Source: Lactobacillales bacterium (lineage in GTDB: Bacteria > Bacillota_I > Bacilli_A > RF39 > UBA660). Taken from it: 64,000 nt of DNA. Position 1 is the first letter of the stretch. Every line of letters starts with the position of its first letter. The stretch covers positions 167,381 to 231,380 of the forward strand of contig SVAG01000001.1 of assembly GCA_015059545.1 (NCBI GenBank). Direction: 5' to 3'. This document shows, one piece after another, positions 46,488 to 56,056 of the stretch. A program made the position numbers and the translations under genes. The notes under the pieces were generated by a model that was given only the letters and a program-made list of their open reading frames with translations, was not told the DNA's origin and did no database searches.

Positions 46488-48704
46488 ATGAAATTAAAAT
46501 TTAGAGCAGATGCTAAAGATATAATAATATTTGTAATATTTATAATATTTTGTTTTTATATCATATCTATAGGAGTGTTAAATGCATTTTCAATACTTGA
46601 AGATGGTACAATACATGGTATGAATCCTTTTCCTATTTTTACATCTGATAAACTTATTATAGCTTTAATACTTTTTACAGCAGTTTTAATATTTGCAGTA
46701 GCAAGTGTTTCATCTTACTTTTTTGAAAGAGAAAAAGGTGTAGGAGTAGCTGTAGGTAAAAAAGATGAAAAAGGATATTCTAGATGGTGTAAAGATAAAG
46801 AAATGAAAAAATCAACTGGTATAACTGTCATTAAACCAACTGATGATAATATCGAAAAAGGTGGTATACCAATTTATAATAATGGTAAAGAAATATGGCT
46901 AGATACTGGTGGATATCACAATATGATTATAGGATCTACAGGTAGTGGTAAATCAGCAGGTTTTTCATTTCCATATATATATGCTATGGCAAAAGCTGGA
47001 GAATCAATGATTGTAACCGATCCAAAAGGTGAATTATATGTTGGTACAGCAAAAGAATTAGAAAAAAGAGGATATAATATAATATTACTTAACTTCCGTG
47101 ATCCAGAAAAAGGTAATTGTTGGAATCCATTTTCAATACCTTATAAATTATATCAACAAGGTAATAAAGATAAAGCAATAGAGTTGCTAGAAGACTTAGC
47201 TAAAAATATCCTTTATGATGAAAATAATAAAGGAAATGATCCTTTCTGGGAAAATACATCAGCGGATTACTTTGCAGGTCTTGCATTTGCATTATTCCAA
47301 GATGCTAAAGAAGAAGAAGTAAATATAAATAGTATTAACTATATGGCAACCGTAGGAGAAAATAAATTAGGTGGAACAAATTACATTAAAGAATATTTTA
47401 GTGGTAAACCAACAACTTCTACAGAAAGTATAAAAGTTAATGCAACTATAACAGCCCCAAATGATACAAAAGGAAGTATCTTATCTGTATTTAATCAAAA
47501 AATACAATTATTCTCATCACGTGAAACATTATCTGAAATGTTAGCTCACAATGATTTTGATATGGAAGATATTGGTAGAAAGAAAACAGCCGTATTTATA
47601 GTAATACAAGATGAAAAGAAAACATATCACTCATTAGTTACAATATTCTTAAAACAATGTTATGAAACTCTTGTTAGAGTTGCTCAAGAAAATCCAGGTG
47701 GAAAATTAAAATATAGAACAAACTTCTTACTAGATGAATTTGCAAACATGCCACCTTTAAGTGATGTTGATGCAATGGTATCAGCAGCTCGTTCAAGAAA
47801 TATTAAATTATCATTTATTATCCAAAACTTTTCACAATTAAATGATGTTTATGGTAAAGAAAAAGCTGAAACTATAAGAGGTAACTGTGGTAATACAATA
47901 TATATTTTAAGTACAGAACTTGCTGCACTTGAAGAAATAAGTAAAATGTGTGGAGAAGAAAAATCTAAAAAAGATGATAAGACTGATTCTAGACCACTTA
48001 TAACAGTAACTGATTTACAAAATTTTAAAGAAGAAGAAGCTCTTATTTTAAGATCTAGAATGCGTCCATTTAAAACTAAATTAAAATATCATTTTAAAAT
48101 GGATTGGGGAATGGATAAACAAGAAGCTGAATATCCAATAAGAAAACAACAACCAGTTCAAATATTTGATTTAAAATCTTTTGTTGAAAAACAAAGAGAA
48201 CAAAAAATTAATGATATGTTAAATGGAAATTCTAGTGATAAAAAGATGTCATCTCCAATGGGAATGCCAGGTGGATTTCCGCCACCAGGATTATTTGGTC
48301 CAAAAGAGAATAAGAAACCATCAGGTGGATTCAATGTTGATGATTTAGTAGCAAGAATAGATGCTAAAATAGCAGAATTAGAAGAAGAAGAAAGAAAAGA
48401 AAAAGAAGCTCAAGAAAAGAAAAAGAATGAACTTAAAAATAAAAAAGCTCCTGAACCAATTAAAGAAAATATTGAATCTAAGAAAGAGCAAGAAGAAATA
48501 AAAGAAGAAAAATTAGAGGAAAAACCGGTAATTGAAAAAGTTATTGAACAACCAAAAGAAATAATAGAAGAAGAAATAGAATTTATTGATAATAAAGAAG
48601 AAATTCCAAATCAAGTAGAAGAAAAAGTAATAGAAGAAGAAATAGATGATGAAATTACTGATGACCAATTCTTTGATGATTTCTTCTATGATGAAGATGA
48701 ATAG
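46488..48704 (+). CDS. virD4: VirD4/TraG-family type IV coupling protein with a K/E-rich and acidic C-terminal tail (738 aa)
   Basis: The ATG at 46488 follows AGGAGTGA. Two N-terminal TM segments, Walker A GSTGSGKSAG, Walker B FLLDEFANMPP, and a roughly 150-aa low-complexity tail ending DDQFFDDFFYDEDE. Confidence 0.85.
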   Translation: MKLKFRADAKDIIIFVIFIIFCFYIISIGVLNAFSILEDGTIHGMNPFPIFTSDKLIIALILFTAVLIFAVASVSSYFFEREKGVGVAVGKKDEKGYSRWCKDKEMKKSTGITVIKPTDDNIEKGGIPIYNNGKEIWLDTGGYHNMIIGSTGSGKSAGFSFPYIYAMAKAGESMIVTDPKGELYVGTAKELEKRGYNIILLNFRDPEKGNCWNPFSIPYKLYQQGNKDKAIELLEDLAKNILYDENNKGNDPFWENTSADYFAGLAFALFQDAKEEEVNINSINYMATVGENKLGGTNYIKEYFSGKPTTSTESIKVNATITAPNDTKGSILSVFNQKIQLFSSRETLSEMLAHNDFDMEDIGRKKTAVFIVIQDEKKTYHSLVTIFLKQCYETLVRVAQENPGGKLKYRTNFLLDEFANMPPLSDVDAMVSAARSRNIKLSFIIQNFSQLNDVYGKEKAETIRGNCGNTIYILSTELAALEEISKMCGEEKSKKDDKTDSRPLITVTDLQNFKEEEALILRSRMRPFKTKLKYHFKMDWGMDKQEAEYPIRKQQPVQIFDLKSFVEKQREQKINDMLNGNSSDKKMSSPMGMPGGFPPPGLFGPKENKKPSGGFNVDDLVARIDAKIAELEEEERKEKEAQEKKKNELKNKKAPEPIKENIESKKEQEEIKEEKLEEKPVIEKVIEQPKEIIEEEIEFIDNKEEIPNQVEEKVIEEEIDDEITDDQFFDDFFYDEDE

Positions 48705-48747
48705 TTTTGTGTATTTTAATACTTTTGAAATTATGTAAAAGAATAAG

Positions 48748-48772
48748 CAACAGATATTTATCTGTTGTTTTT
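48748..48772 (+). terminator. Intrinsic terminator closing the T4SS operon
   Basis: CAACAGAT (48748-48755) pairs with ATCTGTTG (48760-48767), followed by TTTTT. Confidence 0.6.
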
Positions 48773-48875
48773 ATATTGATAATAATTAAGAAAAATATGT
48801 AAAAGTTAAAATAATAATAAACTAAATCACTTATTATAGGAATAATTAAGTCATATAATATAATGGGTGGTTAAT

Positions 48876-49169
48876 ATGATACCGAGTATATCAATAAGAG
48901 AATTATTAAAATATTCAAATGCTAATATTATAGATATAAGAAGTATAGAGAGTTATAATAACAATCATATTCCAAATGCAATAAATATTCCGTTTGAAAA
49001 ATTGATAATAGAACCTAACAAATATTTAAATAGAATAAATAGATATTATTTATATTGTAGAAGTGGATTAACAAGTAAAAAAGCATGTGAAATATTATTA
49101 AAACAAGGATATTTAGTTACTAATATATATGGTGGTTATGAAGAATGGTTACTTACTAAGGAAGATTAA
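48876..49169 (+). CDS. Single-domain rhodanese-like sulfurtransferase
   Basis: The ATG at 48876 follows GGGTGG. Active-site loop YCRSGLTSKKA. About 97 aa. Confidence 0.8.
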   Translation: MIPSISIRELLKYSNANIIDIRSIESYNNNHIPNAINIPFEKLIIEPNKYLNRINRYYLYCRSGLTSKKACEILLKQGYLVTNIYGGYEEWLLTKED

Positions 49170-49182
49170 CTTCCTTTTTTTT
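49158..49182 (+). terminator. Intrinsic terminator
   Basis: AAGGAAG (49158-49164) pairs with CTTCCTT (49170-49176), followed by a T-run. It overlaps the stop codon. Confidence 0.55.
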
Positions 49183-49242
49183 ATAATTACTTTTAAAAAT
49201 AATTAATTTGTATTATAATAATAATAGAACGGAGAACATAAA

Positions 49243-49830
49243 ATGCAAGATATAATACAAGATATAATAATATTCTTAAAAGACTTAGTATTAAATAATA
49301 ATATATTTGTAAGTTTATTGGTTGGTTTTTCAGTAATAATTTTAGAATCAATAATACCTATATTACCACTTGCTGTATTTATAGCTTTAAATATGATAGT
49401 ATTTGGTAATTTTACAGGATTTATATTATCATGGATAGCTACCATAGTAGGATGTCAAGTTAGTTTTTTAATATTTAGAAAAGGATTTAGTCAAAAACTT
49501 TATCATAGTATTGATGATAAACCTAGAACTAAAAAACTTATGAATATTGTAAGTAATATAAGTTTTTCTAAATTGGTAGTAATAATGGCAATACCATTTA
49601 CACCAGCATTTTCAATAAATATTGGAGCTGGATTATCAAAAATAGAACATAAAAAGTTTTTATTAGCAACTTTAATAGCTAAAATATCAGTAGTATATTT
49701 CTGGGGATTTATAGGAACAACACTTGTAGAAAGTCTAACAGATATAACAGTAATTATAAAATTATTAATTATATTATTTATAGCTTTCTTTTTATCAAAA
49801 ATAGTTATAAATAAATTTGATATAGATTAG
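49243..49830 (+). CDS. TVP38/TMEM64 (DedA-related, SNARE-associated) family membrane protein
   Basis: 195 aa polytopic protein with family-like pattern in PILPLAVFIALNMIVFG and FTPAFSINIGAGLS. Confidence 0.7.
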   Translation: MQDIIQDIIIFLKDLVLNNNIFVSLLVGFSVIILESIIPILPLAVFIALNMIVFGNFTGFILSWIATIVGCQVSFLIFRKGFSQKLYHSIDDKPRTKKLMNIVSNISFSKLVVIMAIPFTPAFSINIGAGLSKIEHKKFLLATLIAKISVVYFWGFIGTTLVESLTDITVIIKLLIILFIAFFLSKIVINKFDID

Positions 49831-49838
49831 GAGGATGT

Positions 49839-50909
49839 ATGGAATACGTAATAATTGGAATATTAATAGTAATAATAGTACTTATTGTGATACTATTATT
49901 TAAAGGAATAAATGAATCACATATTATAGAAAAAATAGGAAAAATAGAAACAAACGTAGTAAAAGAATTAGGTGAATTTAAAGGTAGTTTAGAAAAAGAT
50001 ATAAATGAAGAATTCACTAAACAAAATGAAAAATTAGAAATTAGATTAAGACTTATTAATGATACAGTAAATGAAAGATTAGATAAAAACTTTGAAAAAA
50101 CAAATAAAACATTTACATCAGTACTTGAAAGACTATCAAAAATAGATGAAGCACAAAAGAAAATAGATACATTATCAAAAGATATAGTATCACTTCAAAG
50201 TGTATTAACTGATAAAAAAACAAGAGGAATATTTGGAGAAGTAAATCTAAAACACTTAATGGAAAATGTATTTGGAGTAAATGATAAAGTGTTTAAAATG
50301 CAACATACATTATCAAATGGAACAATAGTAGACTGTGCATTATTTGCTCCAGAACCATTAGGATTAGTTGGAATAGATTCAAAATTTCCACTTGAAAATT
50401 ATAGAAATATGATAGATAAAAATAATAGTCAAGATTTAAGAGCAAGTTATGAAAAATTATTTAAATCAGATATGAAAAAACATATAGATGCGATTAGTAG
50501 TAAATATATAATAAATGGTGAAACAAGTGATCAAGCAATATTATTTTTACCAGCAGAAGCTATATTCGCAGAAGTTAATGCATATCATAGTGATATAATA
50601 GAATATGCTTATAAAAAAAGAGTATGGATAACAAGTCCTACTACATTAATAAGCACACTAACAACAATTCAAGTAATAATTAAAAATCTAGAAAGAGATA
50701 AATATGCTAAAGTAATTCATAAAGAATTAAGATTACTAGATGAAGAATTTAAAAGATATAAAGATAGATGGGATAAACTATCAAGAAGTATAGAAACAGT
50801 AGGAAAAGATGTTAAAGAAATTCATACAACAACAGAAAAAATAACAAAAAGATTTAATTCTATTAATGAAGTTGAAATGGAGAATTTGACATATGAGGAA
50901 ACTGAATAA
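49839..50909 (+). CDS. rmuC: DNA recombination protein RmuC
   Basis: 356 aa. N-terminal TM, a coiled coil, then RGIFGEVNLKHLMENVFG and DCALFAPEPLGLVGIDSKFPLENY, both typical of RmuC. Confidence 0.88.
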   Translation: MEYVIIGILIVIIVLIVILLFKGINESHIIEKIGKIETNVVKELGEFKGSLEKDINEEFTKQNEKLEIRLRLINDTVNERLDKNFEKTNKTFTSVLERLSKIDEAQKKIDTLSKDIVSLQSVLTDKKTRGIFGEVNLKHLMENVFGVNDKVFKMQHTLSNGTIVDCALFAPEPLGLVGIDSKFPLENYRNMIDKNNSQDLRASYEKLFKSDMKKHIDAISSKYIINGETSDQAILFLPAEAIFAEVNAYHSDIIEYAYKKRVWITSPTTLISTLTTIQVIIKNLERDKYAKVIHKELRLLDEEFKRYKDRWDKLSRSIETVGKDVKEIHTTTEKITKRFNSINEVEMENLTYEETE

Positions 50910-51420
50910 TTTATTAATTATTGTAGTAACGTTTATAAGTTATATAATAGCTATAACTTATTTAAAAGATAAGCTGTATTTAGATTTATTAAAAACAATA
51001 ATGATATTACCAGTAATGTTAATACCTAAATTGTTGAAAAAAATAAAAATTGATTTAGATATAAAATTAGAATTTACTTATCTATTATTTATTGTATTGG
51101 CATATTTTTTTGGAGTAATAATAAACTTATATGATAAGATAGATTCATATGATACAATAATGCATTTTATATCAGGACTTTTTACTGGTTATATAGCGAT
51201 TAACTTTATAAAAGAAAAGAAAAAAACAATATTTAATACATTATTTATATTAGGATTTGTATCATTAATAGCTTTAAGTTGGGAAGTATTTGAATATGCT
51301 GCAAGTATACTATTTAATGTCGATCCACAAAAAGTAGAATTAACAGGAATAAATGATACAATGAAAGACATTATAGTCGCATTATTAGGTGGGATAATAA
51401 TAGCAATAAAAAGAAGGTAA
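50893..51420 (+). CDS. Polytopic membrane protein (possibly YjdF/DUF2238-like)
   Basis: 175 aa with 5 or more TM segments and the string DSYDTIMHFISGLFTGY. The family call is tentative. Confidence 0.5.
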   Translation: MRKLNNLLIIVVTFISYIIAITYLKDKLYLDLLKTIMILPVMLIPKLLKKIKIDLDIKLEFTYLLFIVLAYFFGVIINLYDKIDSYDTIMHFISGLFTGYIAINFIKEKKKTIFNTLFILGFVSLIALSWEVFEYAASILFNVDPQKVELTGINDTMKDIIVALLGGIIIAIKRR

Positions 51421-51424
51421 TAAT

Positions 51425-51709
51425 ATGGATGATAACGAAAGAATAGTAAGAATAGAAGATTTAAAAAAATTTAGAGAAGAAATACTTAAAGAAGTTGTAC
51501 AAACTGTTAATACAGAAGAAACATCTAATCAAGAAAATATAACTTCTAAAACAAAAAAAATGGGTGTTGGAAATGTTACAGGTGGGCTTAACATGTATCC
51601 AGAACATGAAGAAAAAAAGACCGGTATGATAAATGTAATAACCCTTTCAATATTATCATTTATATTTGAAGTATTATTTATCTATTTATCAATAATAATA
51701 TTTAAATAA
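51425..51709 (+). CDS. Hypothetical tail-anchored small protein (94 aa)
   Basis: ORF with a single C-terminal TM segment. Confidence 0.45.
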   Translation: MDDNERIVRIEDLKKFREEILKEVVQTVNTEETSNQENITSKTKKMGVGNVTGGLNMYPEHEEKKTGMINVITLSILSFIFEVLFIYLSIIIFK

Positions 51710-51780
51710 AAAGTCAAAAAAACATAGACTTTTTTTTTTATTGTGATATAATAAAAAACAATTTTAAAGGAGGCAAAATT

Positions 51781-54099
51781 ATGATTAAAACAGAATTACC
51801 AGTAATCATACTAAGAGGAATTGTACTTTTGCCAAATAATGATATAAAACTAGAATTTGATAATGATTTAAGTAAAAGTATTATAGATGTAGCAGAACTA
51901 TTTCATGATAATAAAATACTAATTGTAAGTAATGAAAATCCATTAGAAGAAAATGTAAATTTAAATGAATTACCTAAAATAGGAGTAATATCTAAAATAA
52001 GTCACAAAATAGAATTACCTAATGGAAAAACAAGATTAATAATTACGGGGCTTAAAAGAGCAAATGTTATAGATTATTTAAACATGAATAATAAAGATGA
52101 CATTTTAGAAGCAATAGTTTCACAAGTAGAAGAAGAAAAATTAGAAAAACAAGAAGAAAATGCGTTAATAAAAAAACTATATAGAGAAATTGAATATCAT
52201 ACAAAAAAAATACCATATGTTTCAAATAGTGTTTTATCACTAATATCAAATATTACATCACTAGATAAAATGACAGATATAGTAATTTCTTATTTACAAC
52301 CAGATCCAGCAAGACTAATCGAATACTTAAATGAACCAAGTTCAAAAGAAAGATTAAAATTAATTTTAGAAGATATATATAGTGAACAAGAAATGTTCGA
52401 AATAGAAAAAAGAATAGATAGTAATGTAAGACAAACAATAGATGAAAATCAAAGACAATATATATTAAAAGAAAAAATCAAAGAAATTAAAAGAGAATTA
52501 AACGATGTAAGTTTAAAAGAAAATGAAATAATTAAAATAAAAAATGAAATAGAAAAATTAAAAATTAACGATAAAATAAAACAAAGATTAGAAGAAGAAA
52601 TAAATAGATATGAAAATACACCTGAAACATCACCAGAATCAAGCGTAATTAGAAATTATATAGATTGGTTAATAAATATACCATGGTCTACTTATACAGA
52701 AGATAATGATGATTTAGATGATATATTAAATAATTTAGATAAATCACATAGTGGATTAAAAGAAATAAAAGAAAGATTTATAGAATATATAGCAGTAAGA
52801 AAAAAATCAAAGAATGTAAATAGTCCAATAATATGTTTAGTAGGTCCTCCAGGAGTAGGGAAAACATCATTTGTATATTCATTAGCTAATGCTTTAAAAA
52901 GAAATTTTGTTAAAATGTCAGTAGGTGGAGTAAATGATGAAGCAGAAATAATTGGACATAGAAGAACATACTTAGGATCAAGTCCAGGTAGAATAATAAA
53001 AGGACTAAAAAAAGCTAAATCAATGAATCCAATTTTCTTAATAGATGAAATAGATAAAATGACAAAAGATCAAAAAGGAGATCCTGCAAGTGTACTATTA
53101 GAGGTACTAGATAAGGAACAAAATAAATACTTTAGTGATAATTTTATAGAAGAAGAAGTTGATTTAAGTGATGTAATGTTTATTACAACTGCAAACTATA
53201 TAGAAAATATACCAGAAGCACTAAGAGATAGATTAGAAATAATTGAAATAAGTGGATATACAGAATTTGAAAAATTAGAAATAGCTAAAAACTATTTAAT
53301 AAAAAAGATATGTATAGAACATGGTATAGAAAGTATGAAAATAGAAATAGAAGATAAAATAATTTTAAAAATAATTAGAAATTATACAAAAGAATCAGGA
53401 GTAAGAGAATTAGAAAGAGTAATATCTAAAATTATTAGAAAAATAGTAACGGAATTATTAAAAAAGAAAATAGCAATTAATAAATTTGTGATAGATGAAA
53501 AAGCACTAGAAAAATATTTAGGACAACCAGATTACGAATATGATGAAAAAATAACAAATGATATAGGCGTAGTAACTGGTTTATCATATACAAAATATGG
53601 TGGAGATGCTCTACCTATAGAAGTAAATTGTTTTAAAGGAAATGGTAATTTAATTCTTACAGGATCACTTGGTGATGTTATGAAAGAAAGTGCTAAAATA
53701 GCACTTAGTTATATAAAGGCAAATTATAAAAAATTTAAAATAGATTATAAAGCTTTCAAAGAATACGATATTCATATACATGTTCCAGAAGGAGCAATTA
53801 AAAAAGATGGACCTAGTGCAGGAATTACACTTACAACCGCAATTATAAGTTTATTTACCAATAAAAAAATAGCTAATAATATTGCTTTTACAGGAGAAAT
53901 TACTTTAAGAGGTAACGTTTTAAAAATTGGTGGATTAAAAGAAAAAAGTATAGGAGCTTTAAGAAGAGGAATAAATAAAATTATAATTCCAAAAGATAAT
54001 TTAAAAGAAACAATTGAATTTGATGATGAAATAAAAAAACAAATAGAATATATACCAGTATCTAATTACATGGAAATATTTGAATTATTATGGAGGTAA
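51781..54099 (+). CDS. lon: ATP-dependent Lon protease (LonA)
   Basis: 772 aa. LON N-terminal domain, Walker A GPPGVGKTS, and the protease Ser site DGPSAGIT. RBS AAGGAGG. Confidence 0.95.
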   Translation: MIKTELPVIILRGIVLLPNNDIKLEFDNDLSKSIIDVAELFHDNKILIVSNENPLEENVNLNELPKIGVISKISHKIELPNGKTRLIITGLKRANVIDYLNMNNKDDILEAIVSQVEEEKLEKQEENALIKKLYREIEYHTKKIPYVSNSVLSLISNITSLDKMTDIVISYLQPDPARLIEYLNEPSSKERLKLILEDIYSEQEMFEIEKRIDSNVRQTIDENQRQYILKEKIKEIKRELNDVSLKENEIIKIKNEIEKLKINDKIKQRLEEEINRYENTPETSPESSVIRNYIDWLINIPWSTYTEDNDDLDDILNNLDKSHSGLKEIKERFIEYIAVRKKSKNVNSPIICLVGPPGVGKTSFVYSLANALKRNFVKMSVGGVNDEAEIIGHRRTYLGSSPGRIIKGLKKAKSMNPIFLIDEIDKMTKDQKGDPASVLLEVLDKEQNKYFSDNFIEEEVDLSDVMFITTANYIENIPEALRDRLEIIEISGYTEFEKLEIAKNYLIKKICIEHGIESMKIEIEDKIILKIIRNYTKESGVRELERVISKIIRKIVTELLKKKIAINKFVIDEKALEKYLGQPDYEYDEKITNDIGVVTGLSYTKYGGDALPIEVNCFKGNGNLILTGSLGDVMKESAKIALSYIKANYKKFKIDYKAFKEYDIHIHVPEGAIKKDGPSAGITLTTAIISLFTNKKIANNIAFTGEITLRGNVLKIGGLKEKSIGALRRGINKIIIPKDNLKETIEFDDEIKKQIEYIPVSNYMEIFELLWR

Positions 54100-54101
54100 T
54101 T

Positions 54102-55367
54102 ATGACTGATGAAGAATTAAAATTTGTAAAATATTTTAATAAAATAAATATTGATGCAATGATATTTGAACAAGATTTTATAAAAGAATTGGATGATTGT
54201 GATGTAAAAGAATTAAGTAGTGATATAAATTTAGATTGTATATCAGATTTATTAGAAGAAATAAGTTATGGTCATTATCCAAAATTTGCTACTGATAATT
54301 TAGGAATTTTGATTAAATTTTTAAATAAAAATAGTGAGGAAAATAAAGAAAAAATAGAAGAATTGCTTAAATATTATGAAGAAATAAAAAATATAAAAAC
54401 AGATAATAAAATATATTTGTTTGAAGCATTCTATAAAGTGATTGATTCAAGTTATTTAAAAAACTTAGATTATGTTACTGTAGATGAAGAATCAATGATA
54501 GCTTCCATAAGATTTGATAGTGTAACAATAAATACATTAATAAATAAAAATATAGAAATATTAGATACAATTTTCTATGTATTTTCAATAAAAAAATTTC
54601 TAATAGAATTTCCTGAACTATTTTTAGATAAAGATATTAACAAAAGAGCAATAGAAATATTAGAAAAAAATATAAACTATGATGGCGCTTCAAGATTAAT
54701 ATATAAATTAAAACGTATAGAAAGATTTGTAGAAAATAATTTCAGTATGGTATATTATAAAACATTATACGATTATATTGTTTTACAAAATATGCTTAAT
54801 AATAGTACAATCTTAAGAAGAAATACTGAACATATAAGTGAAGATATTATGGTAAATTTATATTATTTAATAGATGAAAATCTAATAAAAGATGAAAAAA
54901 ATAAAAAAGCAGCTTATGAGATAATGAACGCATATAAAGATAACAAGTATGATAATCTTACCCCAGAACAAAAAAGAGAATTCTTAAAAAAACATAATGA
55001 ATATATCGGAAAATTAAATAGTATGACTGAATATAGTAATATTATAATAACATCAGAATATACTACTAGATTAGATGGAATAATTAAAGGGAAATTGATA
55101 ATTAAACCATTAGATTTAGATACACTTATCAATAAAGATTTACAACTAATTAATTTATATATGTTTGATGAAAAAAAATATGAAGAAGAATCTAAAAATA
55201 TAGATCATGATGATTTATACTTATGCGTTAATAAATTTACAAAATTAGCTCCATCAATATTTGATGATGACATAATATATAGAAGAACTATGGAATTGTT
55301 AGATTCTAAAAATACCCCAACAAAAAAAGTAAGAGAAAAAGTAAAAAGAATATATCAAGGAAGATAA
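54102..55367 (+). CDS. Hypothetical protein (421 aa), start immediately after the lon stop
   Basis: The ATG at 54102 lies 2 nt after the lon stop codon (54097-54099). Its RBS GGAGG lies in the lon 3' end. No family recognised. Confidence 0.55.
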   Translation: MTDEELKFVKYFNKINIDAMIFEQDFIKELDDCDVKELSSDINLDCISDLLEEISYGHYPKFATDNLGILIKFLNKNSEENKEKIEELLKYYEEIKNIKTDNKIYLFEAFYKVIDSSYLKNLDYVTVDEESMIASIRFDSVTINTLINKNIEILDTIFYVFSIKKFLIEFPELFLDKDINKRAIEILEKNINYDGASRLIYKLKRIERFVENNFSMVYYKTLYDYIVLQNMLNNSTILRRNTEHISEDIMVNLYYLIDENLIKDEKNKKAAYEIMNAYKDNKYDNLTPEQKREFLKKHNEYIGKLNSMTEYSNIIITSEYTTRLDGIIKGKLIIKPLDLDTLINKDLQLINLYMFDEKKYEEESKNIDHDDLYLCVNKFTKLAPSIFDDDIIYRRTMELLDSKNTPTKKVREKVKRIYQGR

Positions 55368-55417
55368 GGAATAAATTATCTTCCTTTTTCATATGTTTTA
55401 ATGATTGGAGGAAAAAA

Positions 55418-56056
55418 ATGAAAAAAACAATCCCATTTAAAAAAGATATTATATTTAAAACTAACTTATCAGAAGTAACTAGTATATCACTTGAACATAC
55501 TTTAAAAATAGAAGAAAATATATTATCAGGAGACTTTATAATAAGTGGTGAATATAAAATGACAGACGAAAGTAGAGATACGGAAAACTTTTTATATGAA
55601 ATCCCATTTGAAGTAGCATTTGATCCTAAATATAAATTGGATAATGCAGATATTGATATAGAAGACTTTTATTATGAAATAGTAAATAATAGTGTTTTAA
55701 GAATCAATATAGAATCATCAGTGGATAAAATAGAAGAAATTTTAATAGAAAAGGAGCAACCTATAATGGATATGAATGAATTATTAATAGAAGATGAGGT
55801 ACCAATAGTGGAATTTGAAGAAAGATGTATTGAAGAAGAAACAGAAGATAATAGAATACCAAATTTATTTGATAATATAAATATAGATGAAACATATAAT
55901 ACATATAAAATATGTATTGTAAGAGAAAACGATACATTAGAAAGTATTATAGAAAAATATAGTGTAACAAAAGAAACATTAGAATTATATAACGATATAT
56001 CAGAAATAAAACTAGGTGATAAAATTATAATCCCAGTTACTTATGAAGAAAATTAA
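55418..56056 (+). CDS. SpoVID/SipL-like spore morphogenetic protein with a C-terminal LysM domain
   Basis: The N-terminus FKKDIIFKTNLSEVTSISLEH...GDFIISGEYKM resembles the SpoVID N-domain. C-terminal LysM: YKICIVRENDTLESIIEKYSV...LGDKIIIP. Confidence 0.6.
   Translation: MKKTIPFKKDIIFKTNLSEVTSISLEHTLKIEENILSGDFIISGEYKMTDESRDTENFLYEIPFEVAFDPKYKLDNADIDIEDFYYEIVNNSVLRINIESSVDKIEEILIEKEQPIMDMNELLIEDEVPIVEFEERCIEEETEDNRIPNLFDNINIDETYNTYKICIVRENDTLESIIEKYSVTKETLELYNDISEIKLGDKIIIPVTYEEN

Noticed and set aside
17172-48772. Calling the locus an integrative conjugative element or prophage (mobile_element feature)
   Set aside because: No integrase, recombinase, relaxase, transposase, excisionase, replication or phage structural gene was recognised. 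No flanking tRNA or obvious att repeat was seen either. I therefore did not annotate it as a mobile element, though direct-repeat and compositional analyses that I cannot run could revise this.
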